This document shows, piece by piece, positions 1 to 12,982 of a stretch of DNA of 64,000 nucleotides. Location: contig NC_043000.1 of the NCBI RefSeq assembly GCF_006345805.1, positions 52,762,001-52,826,000 on the forward strand, read 5' to 3'. The position numbers were made by a program, and so were the translations under genes. Origin of the DNA: Octopus sinensis (taxonomy: Eukaryota). The notes below the pieces were generated by a model that saw only the letters and a program-made list of their open reading frames with translations, searched no databases and was not told the DNA's origin. The first letter of the stretch is position 1. The number at the start of each line of letters is the position of its first letter.

Positions 1-507
1 AAATATATGCATATGTACATAAAGAATTACATATATCGTATCAATCGCTCAATGTATGTATGTATGCATGCAGGAAGACGTGTTCTTGTCTGTCTGCTGT
101 GCAAGCTTGATTTACGCGTTTACGGGTTCACCGCCACAATCTCTTTGGGGCATAGGAGCCCTTCTTATTTGTTTTCACTGTCCTGTTTTGGTTACCAATT
201 TTCACCCTTCGCAAAAAATCCCAAATTGTATTTAATTTGCTTTGCGGGAGCAACTGTTTTATCGAAAGCGTATATTGTTGTTAAATCCTGGAAATACGAA
301 ACTAGAAAACTGCCAAAAACTGATGTCGTGTCGTACTTTATGTTGTTTATATTGGTTTCCATTTGTGTGTTTCGTTGTTCGAAAGAATAGTTCATATTCC
401 ATGTACTCGTACTTCGTACTTTTTGCTGTACACGTTTCGTGACGTCCTGTGCTAACATATACATAGATATACGTATAGATGTAAGTATGTACATATACGT
501 ATGAACT

Positions 508-582
<75 letters not shown>

Positions 583-588
583 CATATT

Positions 589-622
<34 letters not shown>

Positions 623-1329
623 CATACATATTGTATTCATATATCAGTATTAATACGATATTTATATATATGTACGCACATATATGAATATACGCTTACT
701 GATGCTACTATCCGTATTTCACTCAATATTGAGATCAGTTCAGATTGCTGCAGCAACTTTATCGGTTGTTTCACAAGCAATGCACAAGTGAGGCTTATAA
801 TGTGTTAGGACTAACACAATGAAAAATTTTGCCTATTATTTTCTTTTTTTCCATTAAATCTACAATTATCTAATAAATCATTACGGTTTTTAGAGCATGA
901 TCTCATTTCATTATATTAATTTAATTTCTTATTTGTAAATTTCAAGTTTTTCAGAATTAGTATATGCAGAACCATTAGATCATATAATATAATGATTCAG
1001 CAATTGATTACTGGATAACAAATACTAATTCTACTCTTTGATAGAAAGGATGTATGGTTGTTCGGAGAATCCACTCCATTATAAACATCTCACATATTTT
1101 TCCGTCCATTACAACATAAATATTGGTATCTGGTTTTATTCAGATCCTGCATCAGATGTTATAATGCCTTTATAGCTAAAGAGTGCAACAACAAATAAAA
1201 AAACAGTATTAAATAATTTTCTTTTTTTTTTTTTGGATGGCAAAGTTTTCTCACTGTGATTTGGACTACAAATGTACTATCACGTAGAATATACATTTCC
1301 CTCAATGCGACTTTAATTAGTTCGACAAT

Positions 1330-2690
1330 AATCAGTTATTTAGTATTGTACAACTTGTACCATGTTTGATATTGATAACTTTAATACATTTTGGCAAACT
1401 ATTTAGTTTCGATACTTTTCGACAGAGATCGAAATAATCGGCTAAAATTGAGAGGTGGGTATCCTCAAGTTGCCTCTAATGCTCATAAAGAATCTTCAGG
1501 ATTCGTGTAATGTTTTTTTTTCCAGGGGATGCTGTTGTGCGTAAATATTTTCTAGTGTATGGAGATAGATCATTTGTTTTGATCCGTGTAGATGATGTTC
1601 TATATCTGAAATTTTAGAGTGCACCACATTGGACGATGTATGCAGATTGTTGATGTTTATAGAGTATGGGTCACTTCTTTTGCAGCATGGTTTTAATTAT
1701 CACGCTAACTTCTTCCGGTCATTTGTAGACAAAGGGTGTGGGTTTCAAATGTTATGTAGCACAGAACTTTCGGAGCACCGACTATTTATCTCACATTCTT
1801 CCAGAATCAGAAAAAGCTTAATTGTCTGATTTATGGATTTTTCTTGGATATAAGTGCGCATTTTGAATTTATGTAAGACCAGATGTGAATTGACAACAGA
1901 TGAACCCATAATAGTTTGATAGATATTGCGCTAGAAGGTCAAAAAGACACTAAAGCTGTTTTCTGTGACTACGTACTGGTTATAAATGCAATTAATGAAT
2001 GTACATAGTGTAGGCGTTAAAGGTTTCGAAAGATCCACGTTCTATAGTGGTAACGAAGGGTCAATATGGGATGAGTGAGAGAGAGAGAGAGATCTAAAGA
2101 ATTTACCAGCATTAGTAAAGAACAAAACAGCGGGAGAATATGATTCAAGATCGATGTACTCTATGCTGTCAAATAATTCTTGGCCGTTGTAGTTGGCCCC
2201 AAAGCACCTAAAACGTTACCAATTTCGGACAACTTTAAGGAGAATTTGTTTTAGAGCCAGTGGATTGTTTTATCTCTAGTGTTAGGGATGAGTGATTGTA
2301 AGAGCAGGTCTATATTGTGCATATATCAATTTGTATTCAAAACTTCAATACAGAGAATAGTGTAGGTGGATAAGGTATATCAGAAGAATTAATTTGAGGC
2401 TTAGTTTGATATGTGTCTATAATTATTATATCATTTTCTTCAACTAGGACTCCTATGGTTTCCATTCATACTTTGTTTCAACATCACTGGAGATATCTGG
2501 TGGGCTGGCATATCTAACATAGCACAAGATCTGTCACAAGTATTGCATTTCTTTCTGAGCTAGGAAATAATTCCTCTACTAACTTCTAAGTTCAAAGTCC
2601 ACTTGAATCACAACTATGAGATCATAATAACTTTTTGCAACAGCGCAAGGTTTCCAAAAATAGGACATAGACGACGGACGGTATTAAAGT
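1330..2690 (-). mobile_element. Highly decayed Penelope-like retroelement RT fragment
   Basis: Minus-strand translation with many stops and frameshifts gives PLE RT-like motifs in the expected order: PYPPTLFSVLKF (cf. P-x-FY-x-LPKIHK), YRPALT (cf. RPIVS), VTENSFSVF...NIYQTIMGSS (cf. ENNYF...YxQxxGxAMGS). Confidence 0.4.
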
Positions 2691-3669
2691 AAAGATCGTA
2701 TTATTCATACATATGTATATGGACATATGCATACACACAAGTTTATATATACATGTGTTTTAGGCACTATTATAAGAAGTTGTTTTACAATCACATTAAC
2801 ATGGCATTGATTTATACACTTAAAGAAGGAAAAGGTTTAACGTTATTGTGGACGAGTGAGAATCTTATTCATGCTACACCATTAACAAGTTGATTTCAAC
2901 ATACAAATCGAAATATTTGCGTATGTGAAAGTTGTTTTAGATGCATCATTTACCAAGATCGTATATTAAACACAATTGTATATATCCCATATAAAAGATG
3001 AAGGATATACCAATTGTGCATTTTCATTTGCATAACACAAGTATCTCAAAACGAAAAGATACAACTTTAATAAGTCAAAACATATTACTATACTTCCATT
3101 GATTTAATTCTTTTCCAAATGGATGTTTTCATGTTTCAGAGTTAATGTCTACCTAAATGAAATCCTACTTCTTTACCAATCTATGATTTTGCCTGAATCG
3201 AATTCTTTCTATCAATCTCAAACTAAAACTGCGAAATGCTATCAAACGAATCCTTTACAGTAATTCCTTTCACACCGGACTTCCTATTGGGAAAATGTTT
3301 GAAAGCAAAATGAAATGTTTATAGATATTTATAAAGAAAAATGAAATTCTATTCTAAACTTAAGATTTAATCGTGAATATTCAAATTAATTTTCTAAAAA
3401 TGATACTTAATATCTTCAGATTAGCTCCCCCTTTTGTGAGCGTCACTTAAAAATCATCGTTAATTTTTTTTAATTTTGAAAACTAAGAAGGAAATTTGAA
3501 TTATTTTCTTTCATTTGCACGTCATTCCTTTAAATTATCTATTTAAAATTGTGCCAGTACTGACTTTAAATTATTTTTCTACTCTATTTGATTATTTATG
3601 TATGTACAATTACTCTGGCTAAAATAATTTGTAGCCCTTTTTCTATATGTAGGGGGACTGTCAATAATT

Positions 3670-3885
3670 CTTTTCTACTCTAGATAGAAGGCCCAAAAGT
3701 TCTGGGAAAGGTCCAGTCGATTAGATCGACCCCAGCACCCAACTGGTACTTAATATATCGACCCCGAAAGGATGAAAGGCAAGGTCGACCTGGGCGGAAT
3801 TTGAAATTAGAATGTAAAGACAAGCGAAATACCGCTAAGTATTTCGCTCGCCGTGTTAAACTTTTCCGCCTAGCTCGCTACCTTG
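3670..3885 (-). mobile_element. tRNA-derived SINE (abundant octopus-type family), copy 1 of a tandem pair
   Basis: Reverse complement has a tRNA-like head with a B-box-like TTCAAATTCCG followed by GCCTTTCATCCTTTCGGGGTCGAT...AAGTACCAG; same family as 33945, 35030, 56390. Confidence 0.8.
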
Positions 3886-3901
3886 AAACTATTAATAATT
3901 C

Positions 3902-4108
3902 TTTTCTACTCTAGGCACAATGCCCGACAGTTTGGGGAAGGGGTACAATCGAGTAGAACGACCCCAGCACGCAACCGGTACTTAATTTATCGACCCCGAA
4001 AGGATGAAAGGCAAGGTCGACCTAGGCGGAATTTGAAATTAGAACGTCAAAATGTCGCTAAGTATTATGCCCGGGGTGCTAACGTTTTTGCCAGCTCGCA
4101 GGCTTGAA
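3902..4108 (-). mobile_element. tRNA-derived SINE, copy 2 of the tandem pair
   Basis: Same motifs as the preceding copy (gaccccgaaaggatgaaaggcaaggtcgacct...ggaatttgaa). Confidence 0.8.
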
Positions 4109-5216
4109 ACTGTCAATAATTGATAACAGAAAGCCTCTGTATAGATTTATGCATTTGACAAAGTCCTATAAAATTCAAACATAGCTGTAGCTTTCTCCTC
4201 ACCAGTAAACTAAAATTGGATGATACACTAAGCATGTATATAAATGTTATTAGATTCATTTCTGATTTCTTTAAGGATTCGCACTCTTTTCTGCGAGAAT
4301 CATAAACAGTTCCCAGTTACCACTCTACTGTCCTCGCTGCAATTATTAAACCTTATTGCTTATGTATGGAATTTACACTGATCAATAACGATTGGCAACT
4401 ATTTTCGATATGTAACAACTATTTTCGATATGCATGCTTCAGTATTCCACACATTAAGGATGAGCCCCAATAAAAGCGATACTTACCCATATTAATATTC
4501 TTACCAGTAAACAATTATCAGATTGCCTGTAACCAAGTAAATAATCTTTGTGACAAATAATATTTGATTGTTTTCAAATTATCACATCCTTTAGTTAAGA
4601 ATCGTTCGCAATAACCGCGATGTTATTTTCTTTCTTGCACTTTCTTGAAAGTGCTACTAATTAAAAATAGTTTTTTTAAGAAGTGTTGATTACCAAGAAA
4701 TAGTACGTAAATATAATACATTAAATATTTTACAACTATATTTTGCAAGGGAATCCAGTACCTAACGGATATTGAAAATGTTTTTGCATCATGGCTTTTT
4801 ATATATTGCAATAAATTGCAAGATAATTATTTATAACTATATTTCGCAGTAAAATACCCTGAGGCTATACTGACATTATTGCCCTAATTTGATTAATGAT
4901 ATGATAAATATATAAAATTTCCTGATTCATGAGTTGTACAACTATATTAAATTTCCTCATTAATATCATCCATCAATTAAAAGTAATACTTGGTCAAACT
5001 ATATGTTGCTTTAAAAACATTTGGAAGCTTTACGCATATGAAATATATTCCAAAAATTTTGAAAACACTATACAACAAATAAGAAACACTGCTAGGGCAT
5101 ATTTTCCTACATTTTATTTTCTTTCTCTTCGTAAAAATGCTGTATTGATTTTACATGTCTAAGGTGCCATGCAGTTCATGTGTATTCTCCTTGTAACGGT
5201 CTCTCTGTCTGTGAAG

Positions 5217-5370
5217 GTGTATGTATGTATGTATGTATGTATGTATGTATGTATGTATGTATGTATGTATGTATGTATGTATGTATGTATGTATGTATGT
5301 ATGTATGTATGTATGTATGTATGTATGTATATATGTGTTTATGTATGTATGTATGTATGTTTTTATGTAT
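5217..5370. repeat. (TATG)n microsatellite
   Basis: Direct inspection; source of the spurious YVCM ORFs. Confidence 0.97.
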
Positions 5371-5741
5371 GTGCGTGTGCTTTCATGAATAAATTTTAAA
5401 ATAAATTACTCAAGACAGCTTGTGGTAATAGTAATAGTAGTGTTAATTATAACTTTTAGACTCCTGTGTAATAATTACATGCAGTCCTTGAGAATGTGAA
5501 TATATCTTACTACTATTATATGTTATTACAATACTTAATTTTATGAGCATATCCAATATATGAAACATTTCAATCTTTACATGACAAGTATACAACACAC
5601 TACGTTAGAAAGAGCAGCCTGGAATTAAGAAAATAAAAAACGTGAAACCAGTGATTATTGTATGTTGGCATCGGTGGCTGAAGCTTGCGTGTACTCTTAA
5701 TTTGTTTCTGTTACTTTTTTCTAGCTCCACCAAAACGATAA

Positions 5742-7300
5742 CACTGGGCAAAACCGTTTTTGCTCACTGATATTAGAGACATGTTTCCTAGTAATGTTGG
5801 ATTGCTGATTTCAAAATTGAAATCCTCTTTGCTCTATCCCGTCCTGACCTTTCCCAAGCTCAAATGTCTACTGTTCAACATTTCCGGTATTGTCACCTTT
5901 CTAAGCCTAGATTTAGCTTAATCAATTGCAGACCCTTATATGGAGCTTGATATAACTGTGACTTAACAATTGTTCCACATAATTTAAAGTAAATGCAACT
6001 ATAAATGTAAAAGTAAATGTCATTATATAAGTATCTTCAGTAAATTAAAAAGAAAAACAAATCATCAATCCTGAGCCACTGTCACTATTTTCAGCCTAAC
6101 CACTTTTGAATCTTAGATTGATAAGAGAAATGTCTTCTATACTATAAGATTTTACAACCAGCATGTTTTTGTAATCCTCGACATCATGTACGTCTCATAT
6201 TTGTGGTATTAGCTATATTTGTTGGCAGATATGCGCCCGCTGTACTTGATATTGTGTGGCTATCATTGGAAACCAGAAGGGATATATTTTGTTGAAACTT
6301 TACCAATTTCTTATGAGAATCGCTACTTCGAATGCACTCTTGCAGGTGTCAGGTCACATAAATCAATATCACTTCTGTCAAGCATAGTCAAAGAACGGTA
6401 GGAAAACCTTCATAGTATGTATTCCCTTTATGGAGCTTTACCATCACATACCAGCAGTTACTTACTTTGTAATCTTGACAATCCTATAAATGCTTTTCTC
6501 AGGTAACAACTAGCATGTATATATGTTTTGTTGCTAGGAAAATGGCGCCAGGTAAGAGAGACGAAAATGCGAAAACAGCTTTCGTGACTTCTATATTTGT
6601 GGATGTTGTATTTGACTTAGTCAGGAAAACAAAATCAGATATTTTGTGAAGAAATCTTACCTTACCTTGCCACAACAGAGCCTGGGTACGACATATAGTG
6701 TGCAAAACATGGATCACAACACTGGGACAGTAGATAAGGGACCAGAGAAATTACCTAAGCTTTAGAATCTCCATAGTGTTGAGGAAACCAATTAATATGA
6801 TGACTGTCACTTTTGCATGATTGATATATCTGGCTTCATTTCTAAGACTAAGCGTTACATCGTTTATCCAAGTCTGGCATGTGCGGTTGTGTCCGACTTG
6901 CTAAGAAACAGGAAATCGTCAAATTATGAAGAACTTGTGTAGGCCCTATTAACCCGTTTCCGAGCATTAGGCTGCGACATGAGCTCAAACGTGCCTTACC
7001 TGCATAGTCATTTGAGGTACTTCTCTGAAAATCTTAGTGTAATGAGTGATACACAAAGAGAAAGATTCCTCCAATATATCAAGACAATGGAGACTAGGTA
7101 GAAAAGGAACACAAACATGATGGCTGACTACTACTGGTGTCTGGCTGGTGTCTACAAAGAGGTACAAGACCATGCAAAACAGCAAAGCGTAATTTTACAC
7201 ATTGTGTAGTTGAAACGTTAGTTTCACGGAAACATCTATCCTAAGGTATGTAATTAAACATTTTCTACAATATACTTGTTAAAAAAAAAGCAGTATTTGA
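5742..7300 (+). mobile_element. Chapaev3-like (CMC superfamily) DNA transposon, internally deleted and decayed
   Basis: Left end TAA|CACTGGGCAAAACC. Decayed transposase motifs: RKCENSFRDFYICG, RAWVRHIVCKTW, YDDCHFCMIDISGF (cysteine-rich N-terminus) and C-terminal YLHSHLRYFSENLSVMSDTQRERFLQYIKTMETR...MMADYYWCL (cf. HSHLDxFPENLGAVSDExGERFHQDI...MADYCW). Right end is uncertain. Confidence 0.8.
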
Positions 7301-9259
7301 TTTGTGTTAGTTTCTTATTTCCGTAATGGTTAAAATAGACAGCTTTTTGCAAAAAGCGAATCGCTGTGTAAGAAAATCGTTCATTGCAGGTATTTCTGAA
7401 GTCAGTACTAACAAATTAGATAGGATTAACTGTAAAAAGCAAGGGGAATAAAAAGGTTTTCGGAATTGTTTACTAATGTAATGAAATAGCCGTTTTATCA
7501 GCGATATCATACCCATGGCAATCCTGACTTTCTATGTGTATTTATGACTACATTATTTAGTGCTTTTATTTAAGATGATTTTCAGGGAGAGATTTGCTAC
7601 TATTTGTAGCAGACAGACTGACAATGTACAAGCTCCTTTGTTGACTTATCATTGGTGTCTTTCTGTCAACTTTTACGGTGGTGGATTTGAGAATCTCTCT
7701 TTCACAAAATCTCTGTCTTCATGCTTACAGTAGAAAATATCATTAGTATCAACTTTAAAACGGTAAGTTGGCAGAATAATTAGAGACCCGGACAGAAATT
7801 GTTAATTGACGTTCTCCATACACGTTATTTTCTAGGGTCAAATCTCACAAAAGTTAATATTGCCTTTAATGATTTCGGGATTGGTAAAATAAAATACTAG
7901 TCAAATGCGTAATCAACTAAGCATTACATAAAAGTGCGGACCATGAGCCAGATTAGAAAATATTATTCTTGTCTGCTTTATTTCAGGCCATTGTACATAT
8001 ATGTGTCATGAATTATTTTGATATTAATTATATGTAGACTATGCTCAGGTTATTATATATAACACAGCATTAGCAAGAAAATTATAAATTTCAGTTCATG
8101 AAAATTATGTTTGATTTTCCAGTGTATTTCTTTCGCTTTGTCTGTACGATAACATTTCTCCAAAGAAACTATTAATAATCTCACATGAAAATATAAATGC
8201 TTTTTATTTCAAAATTGTAATAGCAATAATGTTTTCGTTGAGTAGGTATTGCAATACACTTATGATAATTACAGTTACAAAATCGCATGAGTGAAAATAA
8301 TTCGCACAAAAAATAATATTTGAAACGAGTTGTTGAAATGTCAGCTTAGTTATTTTTGTATTACTTGGTCAATGATAGTCTCTTATTTCAATATAATATA
8401 AATAAACATAATCCTTTCTTAATTATCCAAATGTTCTTCTGATCAATCAAAATACTGGAAACCAGTAAATAATATGTATTTCGAAGATAACGTCTACATA
8501 CAAGGGAGGCAAAACACCAAAGTATAATAAATTATATGATTAATAAGATGCGCGACCCAGAGGAATACATTATACAATGGAGCATGTATATATAGATATG
8601 CGAAAGAATTTAATAAACAGATATAATGAAACATAGATCAAATATTCACCTTTGATCGAAACAAATTGTTCTAGATATATGTATATGTAAATCAATTTAT
8701 TAGATATCTCTTAGCATGCTATGATAATTTAGAGAAAGATTTGAAATAAAAGTCGAGACGCAAATCAAATAAATTGGTAAATATTGATAACATTTTTAGA
8801 TTCCGTATTACACGAATGAAATCGTTTAAATCATTTTAAGCATAACATTTATTTGCCAAGTTATATATATTCCATAACTGTTACCCATGACAAAACTGGC
8901 AATGCTTAATGTTCGGTCGATCAACACACTGAGAAATGGTAGTTTTAGCTTCATGCTATTAAGTTACACCAGTCTATCTGTCTGCGCTTTTAAACTGAGG
9001 TTTGAAATGCTCTAGGATGCACCTTACAAATATACTTTTTTCCACACTAATTTCTGTTGTAATATATCATTCTAAAACTTGAATCACTTAATAAACAAAT
9101 ATGTTTAATAGCCAACTTACAAAATTATAGTCATCCTTATTATAGTCATAGTTAAAATTGCGCTTTGCTTGAATGAATAGATTACTAGTTTTATTTACAA
9201 TCTCAACCAATGTTTCTAGATATTCAAAATACAAATTCTGCCTGATGTAGTTTCCATTT

Positions 9260-9520
9260 CTTGACACGTCTTACATTTGACGGCATTTTACAAAATATAT
9301 ATCAAATAGTTTTAGAAATACTACCATATTCCTGCAATAGTACAATGGCCCTCATTGAATTTATCGAGGAAGTTTCCAATCGAGAACTTATAGTTATAAA
9401 AATTGAAGAAAAAGCAGACAATCAATTGCGGAAGGCTTTTAAATATAATTTTATTCAATGAGGTTGATCGAGAGTTATATGGCAAATACCACAAATCAAA
9501 TTCCAAATATCTTCCGACTC
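9260..9520 (+). mobile_element. Ancient LINE (L2/CR1-like) RT remnant
   Basis: STMALIEFIEEVSN...LRKAF resembles the STxxALxxLxxxI...DLxKAFD region of non-LTR RTs; short and degenerate. Confidence 0.3.
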
Positions 9521-9905
9521 TTTAAAATGAATTAGATACATAAAAATACACACCAAGTATTTCTTGTGAGTCCAGGCTAAAGAGATATATCTAATGCAAT
9601 ATTTCTACATACGTCAAATGTTCAGTATATGCAGCCATTAGATGTCTTGAGCAATGCGTTACTTCCTAAAAATGGTAAATAATCGGTAGAAATATATAAT
9701 ATATATTTGAAGAAGAATTTATAAAAACTAGATAAAATAAGCATATTAGAAAATATCTGATGTAAACCTAGTTAAGATCTGCTATATATTGCGAATTTAG
9801 TTTCAAGAAGTTTCTAAATGTTGGAGTCAATCAACTTATTTGCAAGTAATTCTGTCTAACTCTATCATTATTAGAATATTCATACACACACATGTATATA
9901 TATAT

Positions 9906-9948
<43 letters not shown>

Positions 9949-10213
9949 ATATATATATAGGTAAGTAGAGTTAGCATTTGCAATAACCGTTTAATGGCTA
10001 AGAATATTCGTTATTTTTACCGGTATAAATTACCAATGTTAACCCCGGACATGGATATGCAAATATATCCATAATTAGCTGTATCCATATATCGGACGGG
10101 ACGTAGTGGCATTGAATGCGATCCAAGCAGTAAAAACGCATTTCAATTTTATATATAGAGATATATATATACATATATATGTGTGTATATATATGCATGT
10201 ATATATATCTCTT

Positions 10214-11066
10214 CTCTATATATAAAACTGAAATGCGTTTTTACCGCTTGGATCGCTTTCAATGCCGCTACCACCCGTCCGATTCGCTCCGAAATTTACA
10301 GGGACATGTAGAATGAGGTGACGATGCTCATGAGCTACCTTAGAAATCCCTATCTTAAAAGGTATGGTTGCTAGGGGCCATCTTCCTCACTCACGCTATT
10401 TCCTCCTTTCCCTCTCTTACTCCCCTTTATTTATAACTTTGAGAGCTCCACTACCGTTATTTAAAGTATATGTCACTCTCGCTATTTCCTATCTTTTTCA
10501 CTGACTCTGTTTCCTACCTTCCCATCACTTCGGCGGCGTTCTTTTAAGTATATGTCTGTCCCCAACAACACACGAGCATGAGAACAAATATTATGAATCA
10601 GATATTCTTGCGTTCGGTTATATGTGTGTGTGTGTGTGTTCTATATATAAATATGTATATATAATGTATATGTGTGTATGTGTGTGTGTGTGTTCTATAT
10701 ATGAATATGTATATATAATGTATGTGTGTGTGTGTGTTCTATATATAAATATGTATATATAATGTATATATACAAAGTGTATATATCTGTATTTATGTAT
10801 ATTAAACTTTTTCATACTTTTTCATAGTTATATATATTTTTAAACAAATTATAAATATAATTTAATAATTTTCATTTTCAATTTAAATAGTTTAAATAGT
10901 TTAAATTTTTCAATTTTATATTTTCTATATTTTCTATATTATATCTTTTTTTAATGTTTTTGTTTTTGGTTTTTCACTGTTTGATTTGCCTATTAGTGGT
11001 TTTATCTCTAATTCAATTTATACAGATATATATCTCATTTGTATACATTTGTATATATAATGCGTG

Positions 11067-11098
<32 letters not shown>

Positions 11099-12275
11099 CA
11101 TATATATATATATAATGTGTGCATTACGTAGTCGGTCGATTCAGCTGAAAATATGCACACCTATGTTAAAAGTGCTGGCAAGTTTGCATGACAACTATTT
11201 TTTTCCTCAAATGAAAGGCGTCACCTCTAGGACAAAATTCCTCAGTAGACCCGAATGAAATCGGGTTATATTAACCAAAATGTGAAAAGGGGTCTAAATG
11301 GGGCTAGAAGGGGATTCAAATTTCAAGGAGCGGGTGTTTAGGAATTCTCTGTTGCATCAAGCTAAAAAATTTGCGCCAGCCTTTTAATCGTCAATGTGTT
11401 GCCGTCCATGATAAAGAAGTTTTGAATGCTTGCCATGGTGAGTCTACTGTCGTGAGAAAGAATCACTTCAAAACTTGGTGTTTACGAATTTTCTTTTACA
11501 TCAATTTCAAAATTTTACGCCAGCCGTTGAACTGTCAATACGTTGCTGTCCGTCGTTAAGAAATGCCAGCCGTGGTGACTCTACTATCCTCAGATTCTAT
11601 CCATTCAAACTTTGGTTTCCAATATTTTATTACTTTTATTCAGCTCGCAAGTTCGTCTGTCCCTTTTAAATGTTAGTGTTTTGCTGTCTGCCTTGAAGCA
11701 GACCTTTCCGTTGCCACTGCCTGATATTTATGATTGATCTTTCTAAATATTTTATTTCTCAACTTACTCAAGATCTTCTGTTGTTTATAAATGGGAGACA
11801 GATAGATAAAGATAGAGAGTAAGAGAAAGCGAGGGAGAGTCCGAGAGAAAAGAAAAGTAAGAGAGTGGTAAAGTGAGAGAGAAACAAAGAGGGAGAATCA
11901 TTATCATCATCATCGTTTAACGTCCGTTTTCTGTGCTAGCACGGGTTGGACAGTTTGACCGGGGTCTGGGAAGCCAGGAGGCTGCACCAGGCTCCAGTCT
12001 GATCTGGCAGTGTTTTTTACAGGTGGATGCCCTTCGTAACGCCAACCACTCTGTGAGTGTAGTGGATGCTTTTTTCGTGCCGCCGGCACAGGTTCCAGGG
12101 GGCTGGCAGCGGCAACTATCGGTTGGTGCTTTTTACGTGCCACCGGCACAGAAGCCAGTCGAGGCGGCGCTGCAATCGGCCACGTTCGGATGGTGCTTTT
12201 TACGTGCTGAAAGGAAGCAACAGAAAATAACAACCACACTCTTACCCGCGCGTAGAGCGGGTCACCTTCCGCTAG
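10214..12275 (+). mobile_element. Non-autonomous Helitron(s), composite, with a nested SINE
   Basis: 5' TC(TATATATAAAACTG) start; 3' hairpin ACCCGC-GCGTAGA-GCGGGT (12244-12262) then CTAG|T at 12272-12276; internal ~145-bp duplicated block (about 11375 and 11518). May be more than one element. Confidence 0.6.
11897..12207 (-). mobile_element. SINE/RTE-type 3' tail repeat with a (GAT)n tail
   Basis: atcatcatcatcgtttaacgtccgttttc...gatgcccttcgtaacgccaacc is an RTE-like 3' end in reverse; three internal copies of ggtgctttttacgtgc(caccggcac). Confidence 0.65.
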
Positions 12276-12364
12276 TATAAATATATATACATGTGAATAT
12301 ATAAATGTATATATATATACATATGTATATATATATATAGATGTATGTATACGTATGTGTGCTT

Positions 12365-12560
<196 letters not shown>

Positions 12561-12644
12561 ATATATATGTAGGTCCCGGGTTGAGTCGGGGTTAACCACA
12601 GTAAATAAGGTACTCAATACATAGCAGAGTAAATTAATTTATTT

Positions 12645-12752
12645 TATAGAAGGAGGTTCTACCGGACTAGAACTGTTTCATTCAAAAGAAATCATCAGGC
12701 TTCCTGATGATTTCTTTTGAATGAAACAGTTCTAGTCCGGTAGAAGCTCCTT

Positions 12753-12757
<5 letters not shown>
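12645..12757. repeat. 113-bp near-perfect palindrome (55-bp arms, one mismatch, 3-nt centre)
   Basis: tatagaaggaggttctaccggactagaactgtttcattcaaaagaaatcatcagg / cctgatgatttcttttgaatgaaacagttctagtccggtagaagctccttctata. Confidence 0.95.
12698..12748 (+). ncRNA. Putative type I hammerhead ribozyme (PLE-type, dimer-compatible helix III)
   Basis: Helix I GGCTTC/GAAGCT; core CTGATGA (12704-12710); short helix II TTC-TTTT-GAA closed by a non-canonical U-U; GAAAC (12723-12727); GTA cleavage triplet (12740-12742); helix III segment quasi-self-complementary around CTAG. Manual fold only. Confidence 0.45.
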
Positions 12758-12794
<37 letters not shown>

Positions 12795-12861
12795 GAGATG
12801 GCTAGGCAGTCATATATATATATATATAAAGAGATGGCTAGGCAGTCATATATATATATAA

Positions 12862-12922
<61 letters not shown>

Positions 12923-12923
12923 A

Positions 12924-12982
<59 letters not shown>

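Noticed and set aside
7-640. Overlapping ORFs at the start of the window
   Set aside because: Low complexity, built on (TA)n-rich sequence, with no recognisable domain or consistent splice structure.
5169-5399. YVCM-, IYLS- and YI-repeat ORFs here and throughout the track (e.g. 12341, 23978, 31922, 53076, 61550)
   Set aside because: They are translations of microsatellites that happen to lack stop codons.
7586-7762. Possible plus-strand exon (ttttcag ... aaacg|gtaagt)
   Set aside because: All three frames contain stops; at best a UTR exon, which cannot be supported without transcripts.
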